Virus record (IMG/VR): IMGVR_UViG_3300027533_000028
Location: 1 to 49,256 of that record
Reading direction: 5' to 3' (one strand)
Length of the DNA: 49,256 nt
Source of the DNA: a virus
Taxonomy: Duplodnaviria; Caudoviricetes
Part shown: positions 28,780 through 37,278 of the stretch, in pieces
How positions within the stretch are numbered: position 1 is the first letter of the stretch
Layout of the letters: each line of letters opens with the position of its first letter
Position numbers and translations under genes: made by a program
The notes under the pieces: generated by a model
Database searches by the model: none
Told to the model about the DNA's origin: nothing
Seen by the model: the letters and a program-made list of their open reading frames with translations, nothing else

Positions 28780-30368
28780 CTTGGTATTTCTCCGCCAAAT
28801 GAGAAAGCATTTGTCCCGCAACCTTCGCCAGTTTGGATATATACAGGAAAATTATTTACTGTCTGATTTGTTCCGTTAATATTTAAAGTTACTGATTTTG
28901 TTCCGACCTGTTTAGTATTTTGGCAGAATGTTGGTGCTGTTCCATCCCAAACATTATAAGCATAAGGATAGATTATAGAATTATAATTAAAGCTCCATGT
29001 TACATTTTCGGACTTAAACATTTTGCCGTTTTTGCCTACTGCATATCCGCAACGGTTTACAATTACAAGCCCTGTTCCGAATGACTTAGCCCAAACAACT
29101 AATCCCGAATAATGAGGCATTACATTGGTAATTTCAGCCGTACAGTTATTTCCTAAATTCAGATAAACTATTGCATCAGTCGCTCCGCCCACTTGCTCAA
29201 AATGATAAGCGCTTCTTATTTCAAAATCTTTTGTAGTTGTGGAGTTTGCGACCTCTACATTTACCGCCCGTTTAATAGTTCCGTTTCCTTCGCTTATACA
29301 GTTGTCAAGAACAATATGATAGGAGTGCGAAATATCAAATCCGTAATTTGAAACAGTATGTGTATGGCATTGCACAAATTCAACTACGTTAGATTGTGAG
29401 TTGTTAATATCCGCAGTCGGGAAACCTCCCCAACCTGCCCAATAACCATTTTGCGCTCCGACAACAAGGCATCCATGCAGATAAGCCTTTAAATTAAATT
29501 CAAGTTTAAAGCCTAACTGACCACCCCCGACAATTACTTTTCTAAAATAATTATTTGATGATGGTTCGGGTTCAACCCCTATTTGATTTGATTGACAAGT
29601 GATATTCAGGTTTGTTATTTCTAATGAATAATTCTGCATTTGTACTGCGGTATTTTCATCGGGAGCTTGATCCGCCCCAATAACCGAAAAGGCATTATTG
29701 TTTAAAGTGATTATAGTTGCTCCGTTCCCCTGAATAAACGTATTAGTAAGCCTGTTGCGCTTTAATCCTTTAGTGATGTAATATGTACCCGAAAGTACGA
29801 TAGTGTTACCTCCGGCATTTAAAAAGGCATTTTGAAGCGTTACATCATCTGCCCCTGTCTGACAGTTACATGGTGCAGGAAATAAAAAACCTCTTGTTGT
29901 GCCTCCGCCTCCGCTTCCATCAGCACCTCTCGGAATCCCAAAGTTTAAAATCGCATTACTCGAACTTCCCGAATTTGTTACCGTTGCGTTACTCCCTGCT
30001 GGTAGTGTTGTGGTTGTTCCGACATTAACAACTGCTGCCTGTCCGTTTATTCCGTCTGTTCCATCTGTACCGTCAATTCCTGCTGCGCCTGTTTCGCCAC
30101 GCATCCCTGTACTTATTTTCGCAACATTCCAAACCTTTAATTTACCATCCCAAACATAACCTTGTCCCGATACGGTATCAACATAAGTATTTTTATACGT
30201 CTTATCATTCGGCTTTCCGAGAGGTGCGCCATTGCCGTAGTGAGGTCTGAACCAAACAGTATCTTGCAAAGTTTGGGAGTTTGCCGAAAAAGCAAAAGCA
30301 AGAATTATAATTGCAACAAGTAAAAGATAACCTGCAAAGGCTGTAAAAGGAGTGAGTTTGAGTTTCAT
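28776..30368 (-). CDS. Signal-peptide + collagen-like + right-handed beta-helix protein (tailspike/depolymerase-like)
   Basis: Start reassigned to 30368 (MKLKLTPF...AFSANS/Q); 8 Gly-X-Y triplets; DDVTLQNAF...GTYYIT pectate-lyase-3-like start. Confidence 0.7.
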   Translation of the reverse strand: MKLKLTPFTAFAGYLLLVAIIILAFAFSANSQTLQDTVWFRPHYGNGAPLGKPNDKTYKNTYVDTVSGQGYVWDGKLKVWNVAKISTGMRGETGAAGIDGTDGTDGINGQAAVVNVGTTTTLPAGSNATVTNSGSSSNAILNFGIPRGADGSGGGGTTRGFLFPAPCNCQTGADDVTLQNAFLNAGGNTIVLSGTYYITKGLKRNRLTNTFIQGNGATIITLNNNAFSVIGADQAPDENTAVQMQNYSLEITNLNITCQSNQIGVEPEPSSNNYFRKVIVGGGQLGFKLEFNLKAYLHGCLVVGAQNGYWAGWGGFPTADINNSQSNVVEFVQCHTHTVSNYGFDISHSYHIVLDNCISEGNGTIKRAVNVEVANSTTTKDFEIRSAYHFEQVGGATDAIVYLNLGNNCTAEITNVMPHYSGLVVWAKSFGTGLVIVNRCGYAVGKNGKMFKSENVTWSFNYNSIIYPYAYNVWDGTAPTFCQNTKQVGTKSVTLNINGTNQTVNNFPVYIQTGEGCGTNAFSFGGEIPR

Positions 30369-30369
30369 A

Positions 30370-30666
30370 TTATTTTTGATTTGATTGTTCAATTTGTTCG
30401 CCAAGTCCCGCAACAGTTCTATCCATGCTTGTAGCAATTCCTTCAAGACACTTCTGTAAAACTTCACACCACTTTTCATCAATTTCAATAGTTCCGTTTC
30501 CCGCTTCACAGGCATCAATAATTTTAAACCTGATTCTTTGTTCTCCAAGAGGAACAGGATTTGAATGTGATTCACAGGCAATAGTCATTAAATCCCCTAA
30601 TGTTAAAAAATCTTCTGATTCAGGTGTTCTTTTAATGGTCGTTATTTTATTTTCAATTTGTATCAT
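30370..30666 (-). CDS. Hypothetical protein (fibre-associated)
   Basis: 98 aa in the fibre cluster. Confidence 0.6.
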   Translation of the reverse strand: MIQIENKITTIKRTPESEDFLTLGDLMTIACESHSNPVPLGEQRIRFKIIDACEAGNGTIEIDEKWCEVLQKCLEGIATSMDRTVAGLGEQIEQSNQK

Positions 30667-30678
30667 AGTTTTTTTTAT

Positions 30679-30753
30679 TATCTTTGCTTCGATATAATTG
30701 TTTCAGAGAAGGGGTGCTACCGTCCGGGGGGATATTAGCCCCCTTTATTTTTT
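30679..30753 (+). ncRNA. Putative antisense small RNA unit (promoter + terminator)
   Basis: TATCTTTG at 30679-30686; hairpin AAGGGG-T-GCTA / TAGC-CCCCTT followed by a T-tract. Confidence 0.45.
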
Positions 30754-31004
30754 TACGATACCGCGTGAGAAACAATATTGATAAAATCCGCTAAGACAGT
30801 ATCATAATTAATCTGCGGCATAGTGTTGGTTACATCTGTCCAATTGTTACTTACAAGGTATGCTTCAGACTTTGAAGTATCAACCCTGTATTCTGTTCCT
30901 ACCCCGTAGTTATACCCGATGATGTTTGTTTCTCCTGAATCTCTTACAAGAGCATAATAGTCGAACCCTGCCATAGAGTCCTGATAATAATAGTATCTGT
31001 TCAT
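30753..31004 (-). CDS. Hypothetical protein (fibre-associated)
   Basis: Likely start MNRYYYY at 31004. Confidence 0.55.
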   Translation of the reverse strand: MNRYYYYQDSMAGFDYYALVRDSGETNIIGYNYGVGTEYRVDTSKSEAYLVSNNWTDVTNTMPQINYDTVLADFINIVSHAVS

Positions 31005-31026
31005 ATATTTTGTTTTTAAATTGTTT

Positions 31027-31923
31027 TTATTGTGAAATACAAAGTTTGTAAACAACTCCGCCAACTTCTGCTTCAATGTACTGTGTAGCGTCTAATACAA
31101 CCGCGCCAAGTCTAATGTCACCAAGCCTCCAAGTTCCAGTTGCCGCCATTGCTCCTATACTTGTTTTTATTCCCGCTCCCGAAATGGTTGTTATATCGGT
31201 AGTGTCATCTACTTGAATATTTGCTCCTGCCGTATTCCCGATTGTCCAAACCCCTGCCCCTGTTCCGCCTGCCATGTCCATTTTAATCATTTCGGTTGCA
31301 GAGGCAAGTGTAACAAGCGTAAAACTTCCTGTTGCCTGAATTGCAGCAAATATTCCCCCTGTTGTGTCGTTATTGTCGTTTACGGTAATTGAAGCCCCTG
31401 AACTACCCCTTCCCATTACATAGCTACCTTTATCCTTATGGTCATTAGCATAATCACAAGTAAACCCCGCATATCCAAAGCCCGTTCCTTCACCCATGTA
31501 AAGCCCTGCTGTACCTGTTGGTACTGTTGCGGGGACTATTGTAGTAATAGCAATTCTTTGTGTGCTATCCTGTAAATGTATTTGTGTGCCGTTCACATCA
31601 TGCGCTCCGCTATTCCCATCCCCTATATAAATATCCCCGTTGGTTTCGGATATGCTGAATAAACCTTGTGTCGGGTAAGTTGCATTGGCAACAAGAACAT
31701 CCCCTAAAACATGCAGTTTTTTAGTTGGGTTGTTTGTACCTATCCCTACATTATTCGCTAAAGTTGTGGGATAGAGTTTACCGGAACTTTCAGTCCAATA
31801 TCCGCCTGCAAGCAATTCGGCTGCCGTTACTTTATAATTTGAACCGCCCCTTGCTATCCTTATTAAGTCTGAAGCCTGTATTGGTGCGCCACTTGATTCC
31901 GCGCTTGTTGTCTTGTCTGCCAT
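31027..31923 (-). CDS. Tail fibre protein
   Basis: MADKTTSAE...DLIRIARGGSNYKVT fibre N-terminus; NVGIGTNNPTKKLHVLG repeat motif. Confidence 0.75.
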   Translation of the reverse strand: MADKTTSAESSGAPIQASDLIRIARGGSNYKVTAAELLAGGYWTESSGKLYPTTLANNVGIGTNNPTKKLHVLGDVLVANATYPTQGLFSISETNGDIYIGDGNSGAHDVNGTQIHLQDSTQRIAITTIVPATVPTGTAGLYMGEGTGFGYAGFTCDYANDHKDKGSYVMGRGSSGASITVNDNNDTTGGIFAAIQATGSFTLVTLASATEMIKMDMAGGTGAGVWTIGNTAGANIQVDDTTDITTISGAGIKTSIGAMAATGTWRLGDIRLGAVVLDATQYIEAEVGGVVYKLCISQ

Positions 31924-31928
31924 TTTTT

Positions 31929-32123
31929 TTATTGTCTTAATTCAAGTCCGTTATCTTCACGTAATTCAAAACCTCCATCTTCTCTTAATTCCCTGTTAAA
32001 TTCATCGTCATCGTCAGGAATATCGGTAATTAGCTGATGAATCATAAAGTTTTTACCACAACACGAGGCGATAACTTTATTAGCCGTTCCGATTAATTTA
32101 TTTATTTTAGTTTGTACGCTCAT
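31929..32123 (-). CDS. Small virion protein with ELRED repeats
   Basis: Start MSVQTK at 32123 (ATGA overlap); C-terminal ELREDGGFELREDNGLELRQ. Confidence 0.55.
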   Translation of the reverse strand: MSVQTKINKLIGTANKVIASCCGKNFMIHQLITDIPDDDDEFNRELREDGGFELREDNGLELRQ

Positions 32124-32734
32124 TGTAGCATTGCATAAGAATCCGAACAAACATCAATACAACTATTTAACATTACTACTTCCAAATCCCATTGAATCGA
32201 AAAATAAGAATATTCATAATTCAAATCGTTAATATCATCAGCGTTTGAGTATTCTGAATTTAAAACTTTTATCCTGTCTGTTTCATAACCGCTTGCAAGC
32301 AATGAAGCGGATTTTGCATTTGCAATTATAATTCCTTTATCGGTAAGATTTGCGATTATCCGTTGTGCTAAAATATCGTCTTCAAATCCGTTAATGCAAT
32401 CATCTGCTTTCCTTTTTGGAATAAAACAAACCTGTTTAATAAAGAAACGGAAGGAGTAAATTGTATCGTTTCCAGGAGCGCATGAGGTTAATTGAAATTT
32501 CTGGTCCTGCACCTGATTAATACTTACCGCACCATCTTTACGAAAATAACTCATGCCATTTGTAACATCTAGTTCAATCTGTTGCCCTTGTCCTGTTCCG
32601 GTTGGTGTTGAAGGGAATGTTCTTACCCTGCCATCTTCAATCGTTCTTTTAATTTCAACAATCGGGTAAACCTTTCCGCAAAGCCCAAGCCCTTCCATAT
32701 TTGTTTTCAGAACGTGAAATATATCGGTTAGCAT
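32120..32734 (-). CDS. Tail terminator / neck protein
   Basis: Position after the neck genes, 204 aa. Confidence 0.5.
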   Translation of the reverse strand: MLTDIFHVLKTNMEGLGLCGKVYPIVEIKRTIEDGRVRTFPSTPTGTGQGQQIELDVTNGMSYFRKDGAVSINQVQDQKFQLTSCAPGNDTIYSFRFFIKQVCFIPKRKADDCINGFEDDILAQRIIANLTDKGIIIANAKSASLLASGYETDRIKVLNSEYSNADDINDLNYEYSYFSIQWDLEVVMLNSCIDVCSDSYAMLQ

Positions 32735-33330
32735 TTGGTAAGTGTATTAATTAATTCTTCTTCTTGTATTCTTTTTAATTCATCTAACTCATGACGGCTG
32801 TTTATAAATATCGGAGTGCCGCCAAAATGTAATTCCAAACCTTCTTTTTTGTCAGAGTTTTCAGAATCTAATCCTACAACATATTCGCGGTCTGAAATCT
32901 TTCTTGCTTCAATTCTTGCGGTCCCTTCCCCGATATTCTGACGGCTTCCATTAGCAAAGTTAGATTTTAAATTGCCAAATAAAGTAAGGTTTACAAAACC
33001 CCTTCTTCCGATTTGTTCTTTAAAATCTTTGTATGAAGTGAAATAACGTGAGGTATGCGATTTGCCGGATTTAAAAATTTTCTTTCCTGTCTTGCCAACC
33101 GGCTCTAATTTCTTCGGGCTTTTGGTTTTATCAACCATTGAAACGTAAAGAGGCTTTTTAGAATATTCGCCTATCTTTTCATTTTGGCTATTCTTGCCAT
33201 CTACAAAAATACGGGTTACCGCGAGTTCATGCACCGATTGAACAGCCAACCCAAATGGAATAAAATTTTCTAATGCCTTTTTTTGACATTCTAATTTATC
33301 TATGTACTGTTGCAGAGTTATGTCAGCCAT
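32728..33330 (-). CDS. Neck / tail completion protein
   Basis: Basic protein with FVNLTLFGNLK motif; start at 33330 (TAATG overlap). Confidence 0.6.
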   Translation of the reverse strand: MADITLQQYIDKLECQKKALENFIPFGLAVQSVHELAVTRIFVDGKNSQNEKIGEYSKKPLYVSMVDKTKSPKKLEPVGKTGKKIFKSGKSHTSRYFTSYKDFKEQIGRRGFVNLTLFGNLKSNFANGSRQNIGEGTARIEARKISDREYVVGLDSENSDKKEGLELHFGGTPIFINSRHELDELKRIQEEELINTLTKC

Positions 33331-34352
33331 TACGGTAGAACTAAAACAGTTCGATGCGGAGTTGTGCAGGAAAAACATTTTGCATCCTGCGGTATTTGCA
33401 TTTGAGCCAAAACAGAACTAAAACTTTCAGCGAATTTCTTTTCATAAAATGCCTGATCGACTTCTAATTTATCGCGGTTAATAGTTATTTTAGTATTTAC
33501 CCTTGTGTCTGCCGCTGCCTGTAAACCAAACAATAAAATGTTTGAGGCAATTTTATAAAGGATGGGTAAAGATAAAATATTAACATTCGCACAAATCCAG
33601 TTCTTATGATTGCATTGTAAAGAATAAACAAATGACATTCCGAAAGTATGATCAGAGCCAATCAAATCAGATAAGATAAATGTACCCGCTGACGAATACA
33701 TTGCTCGAGCAGTTACATATTGATTTGAATACACATTATTATTGCATCCGTTGCAACCTGAATTTTTTATATTGGTTTGGTAGGAATTAATTCCGGTTGT
33801 GTCGTAGCAAATAAAAAGTTTTGCGCTTTTTCTTTTTAAAGAAACAATTTCATTGAGGTTTAAAACAGATTGCTGACCTGCTACGGAAACCACATTTACG
33901 GTAGTGATTAAAGTTCCTGTCATTACATCGTAAACCCTGACAGGAATAGTTCCGGTAAAATCGGTTGCTAAAAGTATTTCGCTCCAGTAAAAATCTAAAT
34001 AAGAATTACTATTTAAGCATTCAATATAAATTCCTGACCATAAATTATTACCGGCTTTTGAAACTTTATTATCCTGAAGGAAACCAATTCGCATACCTTC
34101 AACAATCGAATTGGATTTATATTGACCGCCAAAGTGAGCATGGATTTCATTCGCTACCTGATTAACTGAAAACTGAATTTGTTTAGCAGTAAAATCTTCC
34201 GAATCAACATAATCTTTTGTTACTATCTGATCTACGGTATATTTTGAAATCCCGACATCATTAAGCCAATAACAGGATTTAATTTCAGGCGGTTCGCAAA
34301 CATCACGCAGCCCTACTAAATTTGTGAAGCAATCGGTATCGCAACTGTACAT
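33330..34352 (-). CDS. Head-tail adaptor (Cys-rich)
   Basis: First gene after the MCP terminator; 12 Cys. Confidence 0.55.
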   Translation of the reverse strand: MYSCDTDCFTNLVGLRDVCEPPEIKSCYWLNDVGISKYTVDQIVTKDYVDSEDFTAKQIQFSVNQVANEIHAHFGGQYKSNSIVEGMRIGFLQDNKVSKAGNNLWSGIYIECLNSNSYLDFYWSEILLATDFTGTIPVRVYDVMTGTLITTVNVVSVAGQQSVLNLNEIVSLKRKSAKLFICYDTTGINSYQTNIKNSGCNGCNNNVYSNQYVTARAMYSSAGTFILSDLIGSDHTFGMSFVYSLQCNHKNWICANVNILSLPILYKIASNILLFGLQAAADTRVNTKITINRDKLEVDQAFYEKKFAESFSSVLAQMQIPQDAKCFSCTTPHRTVLVLP

Positions 34353-34366
34353 ATTTTTTATTTTTT

Positions 34367-34401
34367 AAAAAGGGGAGGAAGAACTACTGAACCTCCCCCT
34401 T
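34367..34401 (-). terminator. Intrinsic terminator after the major capsid gene
   Basis: Minus strand GGGGAGG...CCTCCCC followed by TTTTT. Confidence 0.75.
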
Positions 34402-34426
34402 AACCCTGAAAAATCCCAAATAAATA

Positions 34427-35533
34427 TTATACGTTCACTACTTTAAACTCGGTAATGTAATTCACTCCGTCCATGTAATCATTGACAGGGAACATATCAA
34501 AAGGCATCGTAACAAGTTTTGTTACAGTATGCCCGATGATAGAAACCTGACCGCAATTATCAGAGATAATGAAATTCATTCCGATTCCGGTAAGCGGATC
34601 AACCAAAAACAATGTATCATAATTACGTGCAAATTGTGTATTGCCTGCAACTACGCGAGATTGTTCTGATTGATATTCGTTAAATTCGATAACCTGGATA
34701 GCTCCTGGCTGCATCATGATTCCGCCTTCAACTCCCATGTAATATTGCAACCTGCGATCCCATACGATTGATTTGCCGTAAGCCGCCTGAATAGACGCAA
34801 GGTTTAAACCGTTATCAGCGCAGCAACCGACATTCATCAGTTTTGCATACTGCCAGTAAGACGCGCCTGTGAAGATTGCAGGACCGGAACAAAATTCCTG
34901 TTGCATGATAGCCGTATCAACATTAGCAACCGTAGCTGCCATCGGATCTTCTGAAGCATCCTTTTTTGTTTTTACAACTAACTGCTCTGAGTCATTTACG
35001 TAAATCGAACCGGATGAACCTGGAAAGGTCTGATGTACGGTGTCGTTCCAATTTCCATTTAAACCGGATAACTGAGAAACAAGTTTTGATTGTGTTTTTC
35101 TGCGAAGGGCAGAAATGAGTTGCGCGAATATTTTGGTAATGCGCTCAGGTGCTGATTGGCAGTTATACCAGAAATCCGTAGCATCATAAAGGGCTTCCAC
35201 CTTTTGTTTGATACAAGGATCAATAGTGTAAGTAGTAACCAAATCACCTCTTTTTGTGGTTGCGGTACAATCGCGCGTACATTCATCAACTTCAATTACT
35301 TCTGATTCAGGAATAATCTGATCATAGCGCATTTGAACCTGTTTAATTTTACCCATGCCATTATCAACAACTGCTTGCTGAACATTACGGGTATTTGTTT
35401 GAGAGTACAAGAATTGAACTATCGGTGAAACATCCGCCCTCATGGATGGGTCACAGTTCGCGGGAAGGAAATAATCATTCAGTTCCCTTTGGATTGCAGG
35501 GCAATCGTGTAAGCGTGTGCCAACTACTGACAT
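34427..35533 (-). CDS. Major capsid protein
   Basis: 368 aa, follows the scaffold-like gene and is followed by a terminator; size and position typical of an HK97-fold MCP. Confidence 0.75.
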   Translation of the reverse strand: MSVVGTRLHDCPAIQRELNDYFLPANCDPSMRADVSPIVQFLYSQTNTRNVQQAVVDNGMGKIKQVQMRYDQIIPESEVIEVDECTRDCTATTKRGDLVTTYTIDPCIKQKVEALYDATDFWYNCQSAPERITKIFAQLISALRRKTQSKLVSQLSGLNGNWNDTVHQTFPGSSGSIYVNDSEQLVVKTKKDASEDPMAATVANVDTAIMQQEFCSGPAIFTGASYWQYAKLMNVGCCADNGLNLASIQAAYGKSIVWDRRLQYYMGVEGGIMMQPGAIQVIEFNEYQSEQSRVVAGNTQFARNYDTLFLVDPLTGIGMNFIISDNCGQVSIIGHTVTKLVTMPFDMFPVNDYMDGVNYITEFKVVNV

Positions 35534-35565
35534 ATTTTTTAATAAATTAAGAATGTTAAAATTGA

Positions 35566-35683
35566 AAGTCTGTTAAAAAGCCTGACTTGGTGAGGCTACA
35601 AACTACGCTTTTTTAGGATGTTTAGCGTATGAAAAACAACAATAACAATTAGTTAATTTGGGTATGCCATTAACTACGGCAAC
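35566..35683 (-). ncRNA. Array of three tandem H-type pseudoknots in the capsid leader
   Basis: Units 35683-35650, 35640-35604 and 35599-35566, each with fully Watson-Crick S1 and S2. Confidence 0.7.
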
Positions 35684-35701
35684 GAGTGTAATTAAATTAT
35701 A

Positions 35702-36571
35702 TTAATTGCTGACTGCGTTTTGAGCGCGATCAGCGAGTACTTGCTCTTTTGATACATCAATCGGCTGATGTTGCCTTTTTTCAAAGAAAGAATTAATTCC
35801 GGTTGCGCCTGAGTTTGCCGGTGCGCCCCCTGATGGATTTAACTCATACACATTATTAGCAATTGCCTCTTCCTTATAAACCTCTTCTGGCGTTTTGAAA
35901 GTTCCGTGTGTTGTAGGATTTGGTATTCTCGCTCCGTTTTTATCGGTAATAAACCTCTCGCCCTTATCGTCTAAATCTATATTGTATTTAGCTTCAATCA
36001 GAGCAACAAAACCCGCCTTCTCTAAAGGAGTAATTTTAGTTTTATATTTAACTCCACCAACCAACTGCTCTTTTATTGTTTGCAGTTTTATTTGTTTTAC
36101 CTGAGTTCCAAACTGATTTTTCTCTTTCTCAAATTCATTCTTTTGATTAAGATTAACATTTTCCAAATCCTTAACCTTTGTATTTAACAGGTTATATTTT
36201 TCTTCCCATTCCTGCGCTCCCTTGTCTTTGTTCTTTGAATATTCACCTTTGACTTTTTCAATCGCGCCTTTTTGATTTTCGTTCACTTTGGCAAAAATAT
36301 CTTTAATGATTTGCTCGTTATCTTTCAGCTTGCCATTTTCATCTTTCAGAAAATCATCGGTAATATCAACTCCGTTTGATTTCGCTTCTTTAGATAAACG
36401 ATTTACAAACATGCCATTGATTTCGCTTTTCTTTTGCTTGTAAGCATCGGACACAAAGAAGTTATCCATTGTATCGTATTTCTTTGTAAATTCAGTTTTG
36501 AATGTGTCAATGTCTGCAACACTTTCAGGGATTCCGAGATAGGTTAAAAGGTCTTTTGCTTCAATAGCCAT
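35702..36571 (-). CDS. Capsid scaffolding protein
   Basis: Charged coiled coil with a Gly/Ser-rich C-terminal linker, directly upstream of the MCP. Confidence 0.7.
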   Translation of the reverse strand: MAIEAKDLLTYLGIPESVADIDTFKTEFTKKYDTMDNFFVSDAYKQKKSEINGMFVNRLSKEAKSNGVDITDDFLKDENGKLKDNEQIIKDIFAKVNENQKGAIEKVKGEYSKNKDKGAQEWEEKYNLLNTKVKDLENVNLNQKNEFEKEKNQFGTQVKQIKLQTIKEQLVGGVKYKTKITPLEKAGFVALIEAKYNIDLDDKGERFITDKNGARIPNPTTHGTFKTPEEVYKEEAIANNVYELNPSGGAPANSGATGINSFFEKRQHQPIDVSKEQVLADRAQNAVSN

Positions 36572-36573
36572 AA

Positions 36574-37011
36574 TTAAGTAGTTTTTTGTTTACGGGTGTA
36601 TTTACGTTTTCTTTTGAGTTTAGGTTTATTAGCAAGTTCATTGCCGAGAGTTTCAATACGGGCTTTGAGATTTTCGTTTTCTCCTTTTAAAAGTATGAGT
36701 TCGTTTTTTAATTCTTTGATGTCATTCTCTAATTGCATTTTGTCGAATGACTCATTTGTGCGGTTATAATCAACCGGCTCATTCGGTGCTTCCAAAAGTT
36801 CAACCTCACTTTCTTGCGGTTGTTTTCCGCTATCTAAAAAAGTAGCAATAACTTTATTTGTATCTGGCGGAGATGGGCTTTCAGCTTCCCAAACTTTCCA
36901 TCCTCCCCATTTCATGTTTTCTTTATTCGCAACAAATCCAGGAGCCATATAACGCATTTTCCCTGTTTCAGAATTTATGCAATAAATATATCCGTCTTCA
37001 TTTGTTTTCAT
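36574..37011 (-). CDS. Hypothetical head-module protein
   Basis: Coiled coil and basic C-terminus KPKLKRKRKYTRK. Confidence 0.6.
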   Translation of the reverse strand: MKTNEDGYIYCINSETGKMRYMAPGFVANKENMKWGGWKVWEAESPSPPDTNKVIATFLDSGKQPQESEVELLEAPNEPVDYNRTNESFDKMQLENDIKELKNELILLKGENENLKARIETLGNELANKPKLKRKRKYTRKQKTT

Positions 37012-37097
37012 GGGAATCGAATTTTTGTAAAAGTATTAAAATAATTGAATTGTGCAAATGTTGATAAAAATATTTTATTAACATTGAAATAGTTGTT

Positions 37098-37172
37098 TAT
37101 ATTTGCATCGCTGTTTTATAGGTTAGGTTTTCATAGGTTAGTCCCCTTCGTTGCTCGCGAGGGGGATTTTTT
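37098..37172 (+). ncRNA. Putative small RNA (promoter + terminator)
   Basis: TATATTTG at 37098-37105; 2x ATAGGTTAG; terminator TCCCCTTCG / CGAGGGGGA + TTTTTT. Confidence 0.55.
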
Positions 37173-37174
37173 AT

Positions 37175-37278
37175 TATATTTGCAGTATAAACACTTTGTC
37201 CGAAGTGAATCAAAACATTTTATAAAGCCTACGTTGAAACTTGCGGACACAAGGAGTAAGCGTAGGTTTATTTTTTTT
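37175..37278 (+). promoter_or_regulatory. Promoter plus attenuator-like leader of the HNH gene
   Basis: TATATTTG at 37175-37182; stem AAGCCTACG / CGTAGGTTT + T-tract; inner loop CGGACA complementary to upstream TGTCCG. Confidence 0.55.

Noticed and set aside
30369-30581. Long N-terminal extensions given by the ORF track (also 37093-37278, 13000-13152, 27184-27234)
   Set aside because: They overlap neighbouring genes or promoter/terminator elements; downstream ATGs fit the signal peptides and domain starts better
35566-35683. CRISPR mini-array interpretation of the ~35-nt periodic units
   Set aside because: No identical direct repeats with spacers; the units share structure, not sequence, and there are no cas genes
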